In this document: piece by piece, positions 1 to 10,995 of the stretch | Position numbering within the stretch: position 1 is the first letter of the stretch | How the letters are laid out: the number at the start of each line of letters is the position of its first letter | Assembly (NCBI RefSeq): GCF_000485595.1 | Contig: NW_014577089.1 | Coordinates: forward strand, 243,770 to 273,331 | Reading direction: 5' to 3' | Origin: Priapulus caudatus | Lineage: Eukaryota | Length of the DNA: 29,562 bases | Notes under the pieces: model-generated | Told to the model about the DNA's origin: nothing | Database searches by the model: none | The model's input: the letters and a program-made list of their open reading frames with translations, nothing else | Program-made: the position numbers and the translations under genes

Positions 1-221
1 CTATTTATTTCGAATGCCATTGCTAAGAAACACCAAAGCGGGTATAGCGCCATCTACCGTCACAAATTGTGATTTATTTTGGTTTATAAATTATTATTGC
101 GATATACAGATGGCAATCGTTTCTATAATGTACGTCGATGGTTGCTCAATTAAAACTGACTTCTTCTCAATCACTCATTTGTGTCCTTTTTTCTGGTGAG
201 CTACAGTGTCATTGACACTTT
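1..221 (-). repeat. Dispersed repeat segment A (copy 1), inverted relative to copies at 2443 and 3486
   Basis: Reverse complement begins GAAAGTGTCAATGACACTGTAGCTCACC...GGACACAAATGA and aligns by eye with 2443-2730 and 3486-3720. Confidence 0.85.
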
Positions 222-280
222 CATTATTAATACTAATACTAGTACTAGTAGTCTAGTAGTAGTAATAGATCGATGTAATA

Positions 281-348
281 TAGCTCTAGTAACTATAGCC
301 CGCGTACAGTTGCCGCTGGCTGTACGCGGGCTATAGTTACTAGAGCTA
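281..348. mobile_element. 68-bp hairpin MITE with perfect 29-bp TIRs and 9-bp TSD
   Basis: TIR TAGCTCTAGTAACTATAGCCCGCGTACAG (281-309/320-348), 10-nt spacer, TSD GATGTAATA at 272-280 and 349-357. Confidence 0.93.
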
Positions 349-489
349 GATGTAATATGAATTATAACGGCTATCGCGATTCTTTTAGTAATGAGCACTA
401 ACCACAACATTTCAACAAATTGCAGTGACCATGATTACTGATTAGTAATTTCTGATATCTGACTAAAAAAATATTAACAGTATAACGAT

Positions 490-700
490 GCTACTAGTAC
501 TAGTGTCATAATATCAAGAGTGTCATAATATAAAGGAGTATGACTCGCTGGAAACACAAGACGGTCAACATTTCCATGCCCTAGTTTGAGTTATTATGTG
601 AAACTCAATAAAAATGACATCAGAAGTAGCATTGTACAATCCACTTACCCTCACACTTTACCTTGTATCGATACCTATTCTTATTATGCTGTTGTCGTTT
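490..700 (-). repeat. Repeat segment X, inverted copy of about 2145-2330
   Basis: Shared ATACAAGGTAAAGTGTGAG, CTAGGGCATGGAAATGTTGA and GAGTGTCATAATATA blocks. Confidence 0.75.
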
Positions 701-1445
701 CGAACGTCAGACATGGTTTTAGTCGTTCACCTGGTCAAGTGGCAGGCATTCCCGGCCGATGCAAGTAAACAATTGGCAGCTTGTGGTGAGACGCTGTTGA
801 CGAGGTTCGGCAAGTATTTGAAACCTGCAAATACTCGCGAGCTCACATTGTAAAAACTTCCAAAATGTCACTAAAACGAAAGCTTATTACGATTCACGAA
901 TAATTATTTTCTATAACTATGTCATACGACATCCGTTTATCTGCACTCGCAGCCGTGGCATGGGTCAAAGCCAGCAGTCAAAGCCCACTACTAATAAGCG
1001 AGTTCGTATCTCGTGCGTGCAAGGAATCATGGGATTTGTCAAATGTCATTCGGGATAAACAAAGCGTTGCTAGTGGTCGCGAACGCATTGCTGTATAAAC
1101 TGTATACACTAGCTGAAACCCGCGCTACGCTACGCACGGGCTTAGTGACTGTGATGCATGTGTTACCATGCAGTGCAGTAGTGTTATGTGTAAGGTGTTA
1201 TATGTAGAGTTTAGTTGTTGCACATGTTTGTTTTTTATGGTTGAGATGTCAATACAAATACATGTGCAATCCTGCTTACACGTAACACATTAACCATTTG
1301 TTTGGCAAGTACACAGTGAAATACACACACCCACACAGAAATGTTTTATTGCATGCTATGTACTGGTTGATAATACGGACTCCAAAGTTAGAATATAGAT
1401 AGATGTGAATGGTTATAACGTAAACGTTATAACGTAAATGTTTCC

Positions 1446-1545
1446 ACTGTGTGTGGACCAGGTAATATTGCGTGGTTGTGATCACTTATTTCTACGCATG
1501 TTTGCACTCTGTGCGGACGCCGTAATATTACGTGCCTTGTGATCG
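1446..1545. repeat. Two-copy degenerate tandem repeat, period 60
   Basis: CACT.TGTG.GGAC...GTAATATT.CGTG..TTGTGATC occurs twice. Confidence 0.55.
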
Positions 1546-1789
1546 GACCGCTTGTGACAGATCGGTGTTCACGACACTCGTACACTGTACAGCATTGCAG
1601 ACTTCCAAAAAAAAATCTGTACAATACTATTTCTCTGATGAAATTCAACTTGTACATCTCATATGGGAAACTATGGCCAAATAGCTACTGAATATTTAAC
1701 TTCCTTATTACATGGTTATTTCTACCTACATTATGGGGCTTACACAAATCTCAGACACACAGACAGTCACACAGAACAGAGATACAAAG

Positions 1790-2052
1790 AACAACACGAA
1801 ATTGAAACCTGTTGATACACAACGAAATACAAACAGAACGAAAACAAAACAGCGCCCCCTATTTTCAGGCAAATGCTTACATTTTTTTTGTCTTTTTTAA
1901 GACCGAACAAACGGTTTTCAACCGAGTATAGTTTAGAACCCGTCCCGTGTACTCATCGATCTCTTCTGTATATTTGGCACTATTTGGATCCAAACTGACG
2001 GAGCCTTTCATTAACATACATACATACAACATTCGCCAAATTATAGTAAGAT
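1790..2052 (-). mobile_element. Possible non-autonomous Helitron-like fragment
   Basis: Minus strand starts ATCTTACTATAAT followed by a (TGTA)n microsatellite, an architecture seen in small invertebrate Helitrons. Inference only. Confidence 0.35.
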
Positions 2053-2144
2053 GTGTGTATTGGGCGGAACGCTGTGTAAAAATAACGTTTTCGGTCTGAG
2101 TTTTCGTCTTATATGGATGTAGATTGATATGTATGTATTTCTAT

Positions 2145-2730
2145 GGCTACAACTACATAATAAGAAGACAGAAGATGTATCTATACAAGGTAAAGTGTGA
2201 GAGTAAAATGTAATAAATCATATGTAATCTAGGGCATGGAAATGTTGAATTTCCTGTGTTTCGAGTGAGTGATACTGATATGCTCTTCTAATAGTTCTAT
2301 ATTATGACACTCCTGCAACTAGTACTACTACTGCTGATGGTGCTGCTGCTACTGCTCCTGCTACTACTAACTACTAGTACTACTAATAATAATAATAACA
2401 CCATACTCGCTGACTAAATTTCAGGATACATGNNNNNNNNNNGAAAGTGTCAATGACACTGTTAGCTTCACCACAAAAAAGGACACAAATGACGTGAGTG
2501 AGAAGAAGTCAGTTTTTAATTGTGAGGCAACATCGACCGTTACATTATAGAAACGAAAGAGTATGATATATGGTTGGAAACGGTTCCTATTACTCTCTGA
2601 CTAATGTATGTGTAATTTTTTACGTGAAATGAAAAATATTATATATAAATTATAAATAATTGTATCAACCAAAATGATCAAATTTATGACGGTAACAATG
2701 GCGCTATACAGCTTTGATGTTTACCCTTAG
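2145..2730 (+). mobile_element. Merlin-related fragment: segment X, the transposase upstream intron/acceptor (to 2432), a 10-N gap, then segment A
   Basis: 2271-2432 is the reverse complement of 7005-7207 (CCATACTCGCTGACTAAATTTCAG-GATACATG), the sequence leading into the MVEVDES exon. Confidence 0.65.
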
Positions 2731-2825
2731 CATAAATCCCTTATTATCATAATCAATAAATAAGTATAATATAATAGATAGCTATTCAATATAACTATGT
2801 TGCATCTAGCAGGAATTTTTCTATG

Positions 2826-3060
2826 TAAAGATATTGGTCAATGAAATCTTGAAAACGAAAGCAGACAAAGTGTGACACCACAGAACTGTTTGTTATCTTG
2901 CATTGTTTATTATAATCATGCTATATACTAATTGTTAAACCACTCCGGCCCCAACCTAATTTGCATAATTTTTTTTAAAACTATCAAAATCCCATAGCCT
3001 CTCATATTCTTATCACATACCACCAAAATAGTGAGCAAATCCGTTGACAACATGCGCTAC
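2826..3060 (+). repeat. Repeat segment B (copy 1), direct repeat of 3828-4030
   Basis: Shared GATATTGGTCAATGAA, AGTGTGACACCACAGA and ACCTAATTTGCATAATTTTTTTT blocks. Confidence 0.8.
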
Positions 3061-3074
3061 CTGCGTAATCACTG

Positions 3075-3245
3075 AACCTATACCAAGTGACATATCTGTG
3101 TATCAAGTACTCCTTTGTACCAAGAGCATATATGGTGAGTATCGATAGCATACCTGGTGATATACCTAAGATAGCATATCTGGTGAGTATACCTCAACGA
3201 TACTATACCTGTGATATACCAGTACATACCTGGTGACGTATACCA
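3075..3245. repeat. Degenerate minisatellite of about 25 bp
   Basis: Recurring GATAGCATACCTGGTGA(G)TATACC units. Confidence 0.7.
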
Positions 3246-3485
3246 CAACCGGATTACAACTACGTGTGGTATAGAATTATGGATATAGAAGTAGCGCATC
3301 ATGAAGGTGGCGATCGTGGTGTGTTGGATCGACTGCTGCAACACTCATTCACACCAGAATTCTGGCCGCAATCATTGCTAGGGGTCTGGCATGCCCCCCC
3401 CGCGGCTCGCCTGGAAAAGAATTTGATTCTGAGATGCAATTTCCTGCATTCTGAGGGTCAAAAATGATAATAAATTTAACAAATC

Positions 3486-3720
3486 GAAGAGTGTCATACA
3501 CTGCTAGCCTCACCACAAAAAAAGGACACCAATCGAGTGAGTAAGAAGAAATCAGGTTTTAATTGCACGCAAACCATCGACGTACATTATTGTGTAGAAA
3601 GAAAAAACGATTTGCCATCTGTATATCGCCAATAATATATTTATAAACCAAAATGAATCACAATTTGTGAGCCGTAGATGGCGCTCATACGCTCGCTGTG
3701 TAGTGATGGCGCTTTGAAAT
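3486..3720 (+). repeat. Repeat segment A (copy 3)
   Basis: Indel-rich match to 2443-2730 and to the reverse complement of 1-221. Confidence 0.8.
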
Positions 3721-3827
3721 ACTTAGGTTATGGCTCGTTCCGACATGTTGGGTTTGTAAATCTGTTTACTCTAATATTAGACGTTTTATCGGTCAGAGCT
3801 GGACGAGCGAAGATACCAATTTTGCAT

Positions 3828-4295
3828 TTAAGGATATTGGTCAATGAATCTTGATAAAACGAACCAGACGAGTGTGACACCACAGACTGTTTGTGTTTAT
3901 CAAGTAATTATGCTACATATAATATGCGCCCGAATCGCCTACCTAATTTGCATAATTTTTTTTTTAAAATATCAAACCCCTAGCCTTATTTCATTCACCA
4001 TACCAAAACATGAGCAAAATCTGTTGAACCGACTGACTAAATGGCAATTCCCATTTTGCCAAAAAATTGCCGTGGCTCGAAAGTACGCGGACTGGCGTGC
4101 TTTCAAATAGGACGTTCCAAGTATGGGGAGCGCCATACGCATAACAACTACACGCATTTCACATGTGGGTTCAAACGGTTCCTGAAGTTATCGTTGACCG
4201 GAACCAATGTTGACCGGACGGACGAGCCGACGGAGTACGACGGACGACGACCCATGGCAAATAGCTCAACTTGACGATGTCAAGTTGAGGCTAAA
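3828..4295 (+). mobile_element. Segment B copy 2, continuing into a Tsp/pearl-like (Helentron-associated type) end
   Basis: GACG-type microsatellite at 4213-4250, then terminal hairpin AGCTCAACTTGAC-GAT-GTCAAGTTGAGG and AAAAA. Family assignment is inferred from architecture. Confidence 0.5.
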
Positions 4296-4654
4296 AATTG
4301 GTGCTATTTGGTGCATTCCAAGCTTTTCTGGACACATTGTACTGGAGACTCTTAATCATTTTCAAGTTGTCAAAAGTTTACGTCAGCCGGAGGGCAGTGT
4401 TTTGAGATAAATTTCTGTGGTGGCGGCCTGAGAATTTTGACGGCGAGGTGGCCGCCTCGACTCGTATAAATGCAGGGGAAACACTGTCAATGCGCTCTGT
4501 CCATTTGGTCATGACAGCAGAGAGCTGGAGAGCAACAAACCACTCCCACTGAACAGAAGCCACACATCAGCTCTGCAAAAGAGACTAGCAAAGCCAGCAT
4601 CTTTCATTTCATCAGAATACAGTGTCCTAAAATGTGTAGTCCGAAGAGTTTTGA

Positions 4655-4732
4655 CAAAAAAAAGTATTTAAAAGTATTTATGCATGAAAAAAGTATAAAA
4701 AGTACATTTTCTTAAAAAAAGTGGCAGCACTG
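4655..4732 (+). repeat. Short AAAAAGTAT-rich MITE end (GTGGCAGCACTG terminus); relatives at 7625-7699 and 9505-9585
   Basis: Identical terminus GTGGCAGCACTG at 4721-4732 and 7688-7699, degenerate GTAGCAACACT at about 9575, each with AAAAAGTA subrepeats. Confidence 0.55.
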
Positions 4733-5042
4733 AGAATCATTAGCACAATTTCAATTATATCCATAGACAAGAACCGACAGTAAAAAAAAGGCAATTTTTC
4801 ATTATTGTATGCATTTTCGAATGCCAATATACCTGCAAGTTCTTAGCATGGTTAGATTGCAGAGAAGCTTGTCCTCCCTACATTGCTGCTGCCATCTGGT
4901 GTATTGGTGACTGATCATTCAAGTCCTTGTCTATTACGAAATATGTGGCAAAAAGAAGATATAGTATCTTGTAGGAAAAGTAATTGCTCTCCCACTGACA
5001 CATGTTAAAATCTTCACTTCATGCGATGAATTATTGTTATAT

Positions 5043-5425
5043 ACGGTTCTTGTTAACTTATTAACAGCAGGTAATTTGAACATGATAGCACGGGTAACAG
5101 TGTTTTTTCGGCTACGACGGTTAGTGCGACGCGAAGCCCTGGCCTAGGGGGGTTCGGGGCATGCACCCCGGAAAAAAATATTCTGATTTGACCCCAAACA
5201 GCCTATTTTGATGGCGTATGGTGTTCTAGATTTTTGGTGGTAGATGAGGAAAATATATGCCTATTAAGTAATCTAGTATAAAAAGAAAAAATCAATAAAA
5301 TTGTGTTTAAATATTTTACCGCCTTTTAGTGGGAGTTTCTTCTCAAATTGAAAGGCCGGGTAAACAAATTGCGGATAGGCCTCGGTAAAAGATAACGGTT
5401 ACCGTGCTATTAACAAGAACCCTTG
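5043..5425. mobile_element. Degenerate hAT-like MITE
   Basis: GGTTCTTGTTAA...TAGCACGGGTAAC pairs with GTTACCGTGCTATTAACAAGAACC. Its CTAGGGGGG..CGGGGCATGC core also occurs at about 3378 and inverted at 7345-7380. Confidence 0.65.
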
Positions 5426-5829
5426 TATATTAAAAATGCTAATTAGTATAATTTTAATGTAAATAAATTGCAAAAAGTACTTACAATATAACTTTATCTA
5501 ACATAGCAATTTTAGTCCTTTTACTTTCAGCTTTTTTGTGATGCCATACTTTTTTCTGGTAGTTTATATACTCTGGTTCCATATTAATAGCAGAAATTAT
5601 AGATTCTACTTTGCTACTAATTCGCCATTAAACAGCAACACTGTAAATACGGTCATGGATCGATGCAATAGAATTGGTTTGAAAATCAAAGCAGATCTCA
5701 CTGACGCCTGGTAAATAATTTCTCATTGCTAGCCAAAGGAACTGAATACTATTTGAGGAACCTCCCAACGTGTTTTTAGGCTACAAATTAGGCAAAAATA
5801 CAGTCTAACAGGCGTACCAGTGTTTATGC

Positions 5830-6335
5830 CCCTGGTGGAGGGGCATTCCCATTGTTAAAGGTACTGGGGACAGGTAGGGTGCTGGACAGGGTATATTTTC
5901 CGAACATCATTATTGGACACAGGGTATATTTTCCGAGACATCATCTCATTATTGGCACAGGCGTATCTTAGATACACCACCCATCAAGCGATATTGTACA
6001 TTAATTGGCCCAAACCAACAATTTGGGCCAATATTCACCAGGCCAATATCTGGACCAATATGGCAGTATTGCGGCATACCGGCCCAATATTGGCCAAAAC
6101 AATTGGCGCCAATATCACCAGGCTGATATTGGACCCATTATCTCCCCTATATTGACAGAGACAGGACATAACCGAACATGTGCAATATTACAACACGGCG
6201 TATACTTTTTAGTGCTAGTATACTTGGGACAGGGTGTATGTTAGGGGTGCAAAGCGGGTTTGCGACAGGGTCAGGTTTTCAAGGTTCCCGAGGCACCCCC
6301 CTACCCAGTTCTGAGGCGAATTGCTTCTCCGGGGT
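5830..6335 (+). mobile_element. MITE-like repeat with AATATTGG-rich core (copy 1)
   Basis: Aligns along its length with the reverse complement of 10527-10995 (CCCATTGTTAAAGGTACTGGGGAC; repeated ACAGGGTATATTTTCCGA). Confidence 0.85.
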
Positions 6336-6458
6336 TTAATGCTAGGCTCTTAGTCTTACACGTCTCCAATAGCGTTTTAGAGCAGATACAGGTTATGTAC
6401 ACTATTCGCTAGACAAAATTAGTATCATATTATGAATAGCTTATAAATGAAAACTAAC

Positions 6459-7011
6459 CTTCTTATGCGTTTACATTGGCTCCACATTGCCTCCACGTTC
6501 TGTGTGTGGACTCCCGTCACAGGATCGGCGAAATGGAGCGAATGGTTCACCGCGCCGTAGCAAATGGTTCACCGTGCCATGGCAAAAACCATTCACTCGC
6601 AAAGGGTGGTACGCCGACCATTCGTCGGTATAGATCGTTGTACCTGGAATAGATACAGAATATACATTAAAACGTATGACTTCCAATAAACTGTTATGCT
6701 TATCCATTATATGCGCGACCAGTCAGCTACTAATATAGAAACACAACTTGCCAATGTGTCTTGCTAATGTGCCAAAGTGACATGTGTACCAACAATAAAT
6801 GGATTTGTGTAAACGGGCTGTGTCCGTACCCAAATCTATCGATGACAGAGTCAGTGGCATTAGGGTTGCAGAATTCCTCTGGCGTACTGGGGCGAGGAAA
6901 CGTGGAATGCATCTCCCTATCAATTTCCCCCAGTACCAGTGGTTTTGCAGGAGCTGCCCTCTGCTATATTAGCACCTGCCAAACAGTGATTCGTCTACTT
7001 CAACCATGTAT
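6459..7011 (-). pseudogene. Decayed Merlin (IS1595/ISXO2-like DDE) transposase, two exons 7011-6830 and 6643-6459
   Basis: Manual translation: MVEVDESLFGRC*YSRG...W(V)LGEIDRE...FLAPVRQRNSATLMPL..IDLG|TTIYTDEWSAY..L...GFCHGTVNH / SLHFADPVTGVHTQNVEAMWSQCKR. These are the VEIDES, D.W.AY and HTQ.IE..W motifs. One stop, two frameshifts and a 22-bp tandem duplication (6537-6580). Confidence 0.9.
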
Positions 7012-8499
7012 CTGAAATTTAGTCAGCGAGTATGGTGTTATTATTATTAGTAGTAGTAGTTAGCAGCACCATCAGCAGTAGCAGCAGTACTTATGCGCCA
7101 GTAGCAGCAGTTCAGCCAGTTAAGCAGCAGCACCTATCGAGCAGTAGTAGTAACTAGTTGCCAGGAGTTGTTCAATAATATAGAACTATTAGGCCTACTC
7201 AGTATACAGGGGCCGTGTACAGGATTCCTGTACGCACGAGGGGGGGGGGGCTCTACACCATAAACCCAAACTTGCCGAGCACACACGAAGAGGGGGGCTG
7301 GTCTTCCAATTTTTGAAACTTACGACCCCCATTCATTTCAAAAAAATTCCGGAGGGAGCATGCCCCCGGACCCCCCTAGCTGGCCAAGAAGCACCTGCAC
7401 TGCTTGCTTTGCTAGGACCTCGAAACACACCACAAAAAATTTATCGCTTCACAGACTTTTATGGCCAAGGGATTGAAATATGCCAAACTGAGGGTTCAAG
7501 AGATAACTCCTCATGACGTTGCACACATCATTCCTGAAGCTTGTTTACATGCTGCACATAAGCTATAATATATTCGGTAATAAGGTATAAGGTAACAAGT
7601 GACTACAAATCATGGTAGGTTGATGCAAATTTATACGTTTTTAATACTTTTTTATGCAATTTTTATACTTTTTTTGTAATATCCTGAGTGGCAGCACTGG
7701 ATTCTGCTTAAATAATTTCTCATTATTTTCCGCACAGCAAGAGTGATGGCAATACCTGGTAACCTAATAATGGTAAACCTGTCATGTTCTTTGATATGCG
7801 TAATATATTATAGTTCGTATTATACGTACATGTGCATGCAACTCACAGTGTATGCAGGGATTTTAGTCGTATGTAAAGCAGAAGTAGTGATACTAAATGA
7901 GCATGTAATAAGTTCCTATCTACGCGCATATATTAATGCTTAACGTCTTCTTCTGAGTATGTGACTGAGAAGTTAGTCAATATGTAAGTCTGAGCTTGTA
8001 TCAGACCTCCAGCCACAGTCACCTAATGAAACTGCAATTGTCACTTACAGAGTATGCACATCTTATGTACAGGTTTAGGGAAAATGCATTGCTTGTAATG
8101 TACATGCATGTGTTGTTATCCAGGTGGCATACGTCGACTTCAGGAGTGCGCCATGATGCACCTCTTGCTGAGTGGAATCTTCATCAAGACAGTTGGTGCC
8201 GTGGTCGTAGTTCTAGCCAGAGTGCGGAGTGTCTGAGCAGCTGAAAAGGGATCTGTGGCAGGAGCTGTGCAGGAGAGCCTTTACGGAGTTACTGCAGCTG
8301 CAAGACAGCTAGTACATGCTGGAGATCATGCAATCAGAGAATGGTATATAGTATCCTGTTCTAATAAAGTTAAATTCAAAGCAAAAAGTGCAGGATTCTG
8401 CTATACATTATGGCACATTTATAAAGTCGCATGTGATATTTTACTGGTGTCAAGTATGGTTGTAACGGGAGTATGATTGAAGTTATACACTAGTAGAGT

Positions 8500-8925
8500 A
8501 GGAATACTCAAGAATTGGTAGATATGAAAAATATGGTTTGCAATGATTGACTTTTGTAATTATGAGGACTAATTCTGGATTTTTTTTATTTTAAAGGAAG
8601 AGGACATACTCAGGAATAGGTCATTAAATAAGGAATAGGTTTCTATGAAAAAGGTTACACACATTACCTCCCTTATATAATAAGAGAGCACTCAACGTTC
8701 TCAATATCCTGATTTTCTGGAACACCAGGTTAAATTACGTACATTTTTCATTGTCATTGGCCAGCAGTGCTATTTCATATGAGAACTAGTGTATGATGCT
8801 AATCAAAATATATCCATATATAATATTGCTGAAACTATACACCTGTGGTCAGCACGTACTCAGCAGTAGTGTGATATGAAAAATGCTGATACCAATGATT
8901 CACTTTCTTAATTATAAGGAGGTAA
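8500..8925. repeat. Old direct repeats about 350 bp apart
   Basis: GATATGAAAAAT...CAATGATT.ACTTT..TAATTAT.AGGA at 8521-8568 and 8873-8920. Confidence 0.5.
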
Positions 8926-9165
8926 ATTTCTCACACCTCTTTAAAACGTGCAATATCGTAGAGGTCACCCAAGAATATTAACATTGGTGTAGTAGACTGA
9001 TGGGTAAAGCATTATGTGCAATGTTTGGTAATTCAATTTTTAGTAAAAACAAAACTTTCTAATGAAATGTTTTTTCCACTACAATTTATTGTGGTTGTTT
9101 TTAGTTGGTATACAGTTGGCTTTGACTATACACTCATACGGCTTATATCTTGAATATATATGTAT

Positions 9166-9219
9166 CAAGAGCGTATTAAGTATACTATGCTTATATCTGC
9201 TATACTTAACATGCTCTTG
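9166..9219. mobile_element. 54-bp CAAGAG...CTCTTG micro-element, 7-bp TSD TATGTAT
   Basis: Inverted arms; exact TSD at 9159-9165 and 9220-9226. Confidence 0.8.
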
Positions 9220-10409
9220 TATGTATATATATATATATTATCATAAAATGACTATGGTCACATTCACATGGCTGCTTACACTGATTAGCTAAAATTACCA
9301 CAAACAGTTCTCACATTTTACATCTGTCACTCCAATACACACATATGTAATCTCATCTTCCACTACATAAACTGATGAACAAAAACATAACATGATTTTG
9401 AAATAGCTATTTATACAAGATATATATATACACCAAATGATTATACCATCAAGTATATCAGAAATATACCAGACGAAATTCCAATACCAAGGAAAAGGGT
9501 ACAATCTGGGATTTCCAAAAAAGTGTAGAAAAAAAAGTATATTTTTGTATTCTTCAAAAAAGTACTTTTAAAAAGTAGCAACACTTTTTCAGATGGATAA
9601 TAAATAATCATACCAAAATAAGTTAACGTATAACATAAGATATAATGGGGTGTGCTGTAGGTACTATCAGCAACTATTCAACTAAAAAGATAATAAAAAG
9701 ATATTTTTTTAGCATAGGCTTCGATGATTGCAATCCCTCTTCCAACTCTGCTCTTAAAACTTACACTTGCAACAAAAGAAATTCATGTGTAGTAATTCAT
9801 GAAATCTATCAACAATCTCTTAAAACTTATACATATACAATGAAGTGCAGTTTACAGAGAAAAAGAAATCATAACTCCATTGACTGTGTCATATGGTCAC
9901 AGAATGGGTATACTATAAAGCAAGCCTTGTGAGATCAACGCCATAAAACCGGAAAATACAAGTAGCAACCTGGCCCACTAATTATAGACCCTTCAGACGT
10001 ATACCCTATAATACTAGTGACCTTATACTATAACGTGATGGGTGACTTGTGTGCTAATTAGAGCTTGCGATACACTTGTATTAATTATTATACACGTGCA
10101 ATCAGGAGTGAATAAAAACAAATGTGATATATTTCTGGCTTTATGTTTAAATATAATGCAGGTCAAATTTATGTTACAATTCTAGTCTCTCTCGACCTGA
10201 TCTGGAATACTGGTATATGCACTTTTTGACATCACGAGAACAAATAACATATAACTGGAACCTTGTGCCAGTAAAGTGCTCAACACGCATGGGGCAAAGA
10301 TGCATATTAGTGTCTCATAAAATAAGCACTGAGCCCATGAGAGGAGACTAACGTATAAGTTAACAATGATTAACAGAAATTAGTAGGCAAAGGGTCTCCG
10401 ATTTTGCAT

Positions 10410-10415
10410 TTTATT
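10410..10415 (-). promoter_or_regulatory. Candidate polyadenylation signal (AATAAA) for the JmjC-like gene
   Basis: First minus-strand AATAAA I found downstream of the stop codon, about 1 kb away. Confidence 0.3.
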
Positions 10416-10526
10416 CGACATTACTGGGTTTGCACACGAATAAAAAGTCATCATAACATGACTGAAGCATGCCATTTGATGCAGTACTGAATTTGAACAA
10501 TATTTAAAAACATTGGATAAATGCAG

Positions 10527-10995
10527 GCCGGGGGGGGGGGTGTGCCTCGTTCGAACTGGGTTAGGGGGGTTCCTCGGGAAAACTTGAAACTGACCTGTGC
10601 AAACCGCTTTTGCGCCCTAAATACACCTGTCACCAATATTGCACTAAAACTATAACCTGTTGCAAATATTGCACGTTTTGTATATGTCTGTCTCCGCTGT
10701 CAATATAATTAGAGCAATATGGCCAATATCGGACTTGTGATATTGACCAATATTGTTGCCAATATTGGGCGATATTGAACCAATATTTGCCTATATTGAA
10801 CAAATATCTACCTATATTGACCCAATATTGTTTTGCCAATATTAGGCCAATATCAGCTTGATGGGTGGGTATCTAGATAACCCTGTGCCAATAAAGATGT
10901 TCGGAAAATATACCCTGTATCAATAATGATGTTCGGAAAATATACCCTGTCCAGCGGCACGTCCCCAGTACCTTTAACAATGGGAGTGCCCCCCA
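10527..10995 (-). mobile_element. MITE-like repeat with AATATTGG-rich core (copy 2, inverted)
   Basis: GTCCCCAGTACCTTTAACAATGGG and TCGGAAAATATACCCTGT (twice) match copy 1; G-run/C-run ends. Confidence 0.85.

Noticed and set aside
3075..3245. Regular repeats resembling a CRISPR array
   Set aside because: Eukaryotic context, no unique spacers and no cas genes; an ordinary minisatellite.
4380..4990. Coding-looking stretches on both strands
   Set aside because: All frames are short or stop-interrupted, with no recognisable motif.
5636..7758. Plus-strand mini-exons 5636-5710 and 7738-7758
   Set aside because: Splice-like sites are present, but there is no start codon, recognisable product or coherent gene model.
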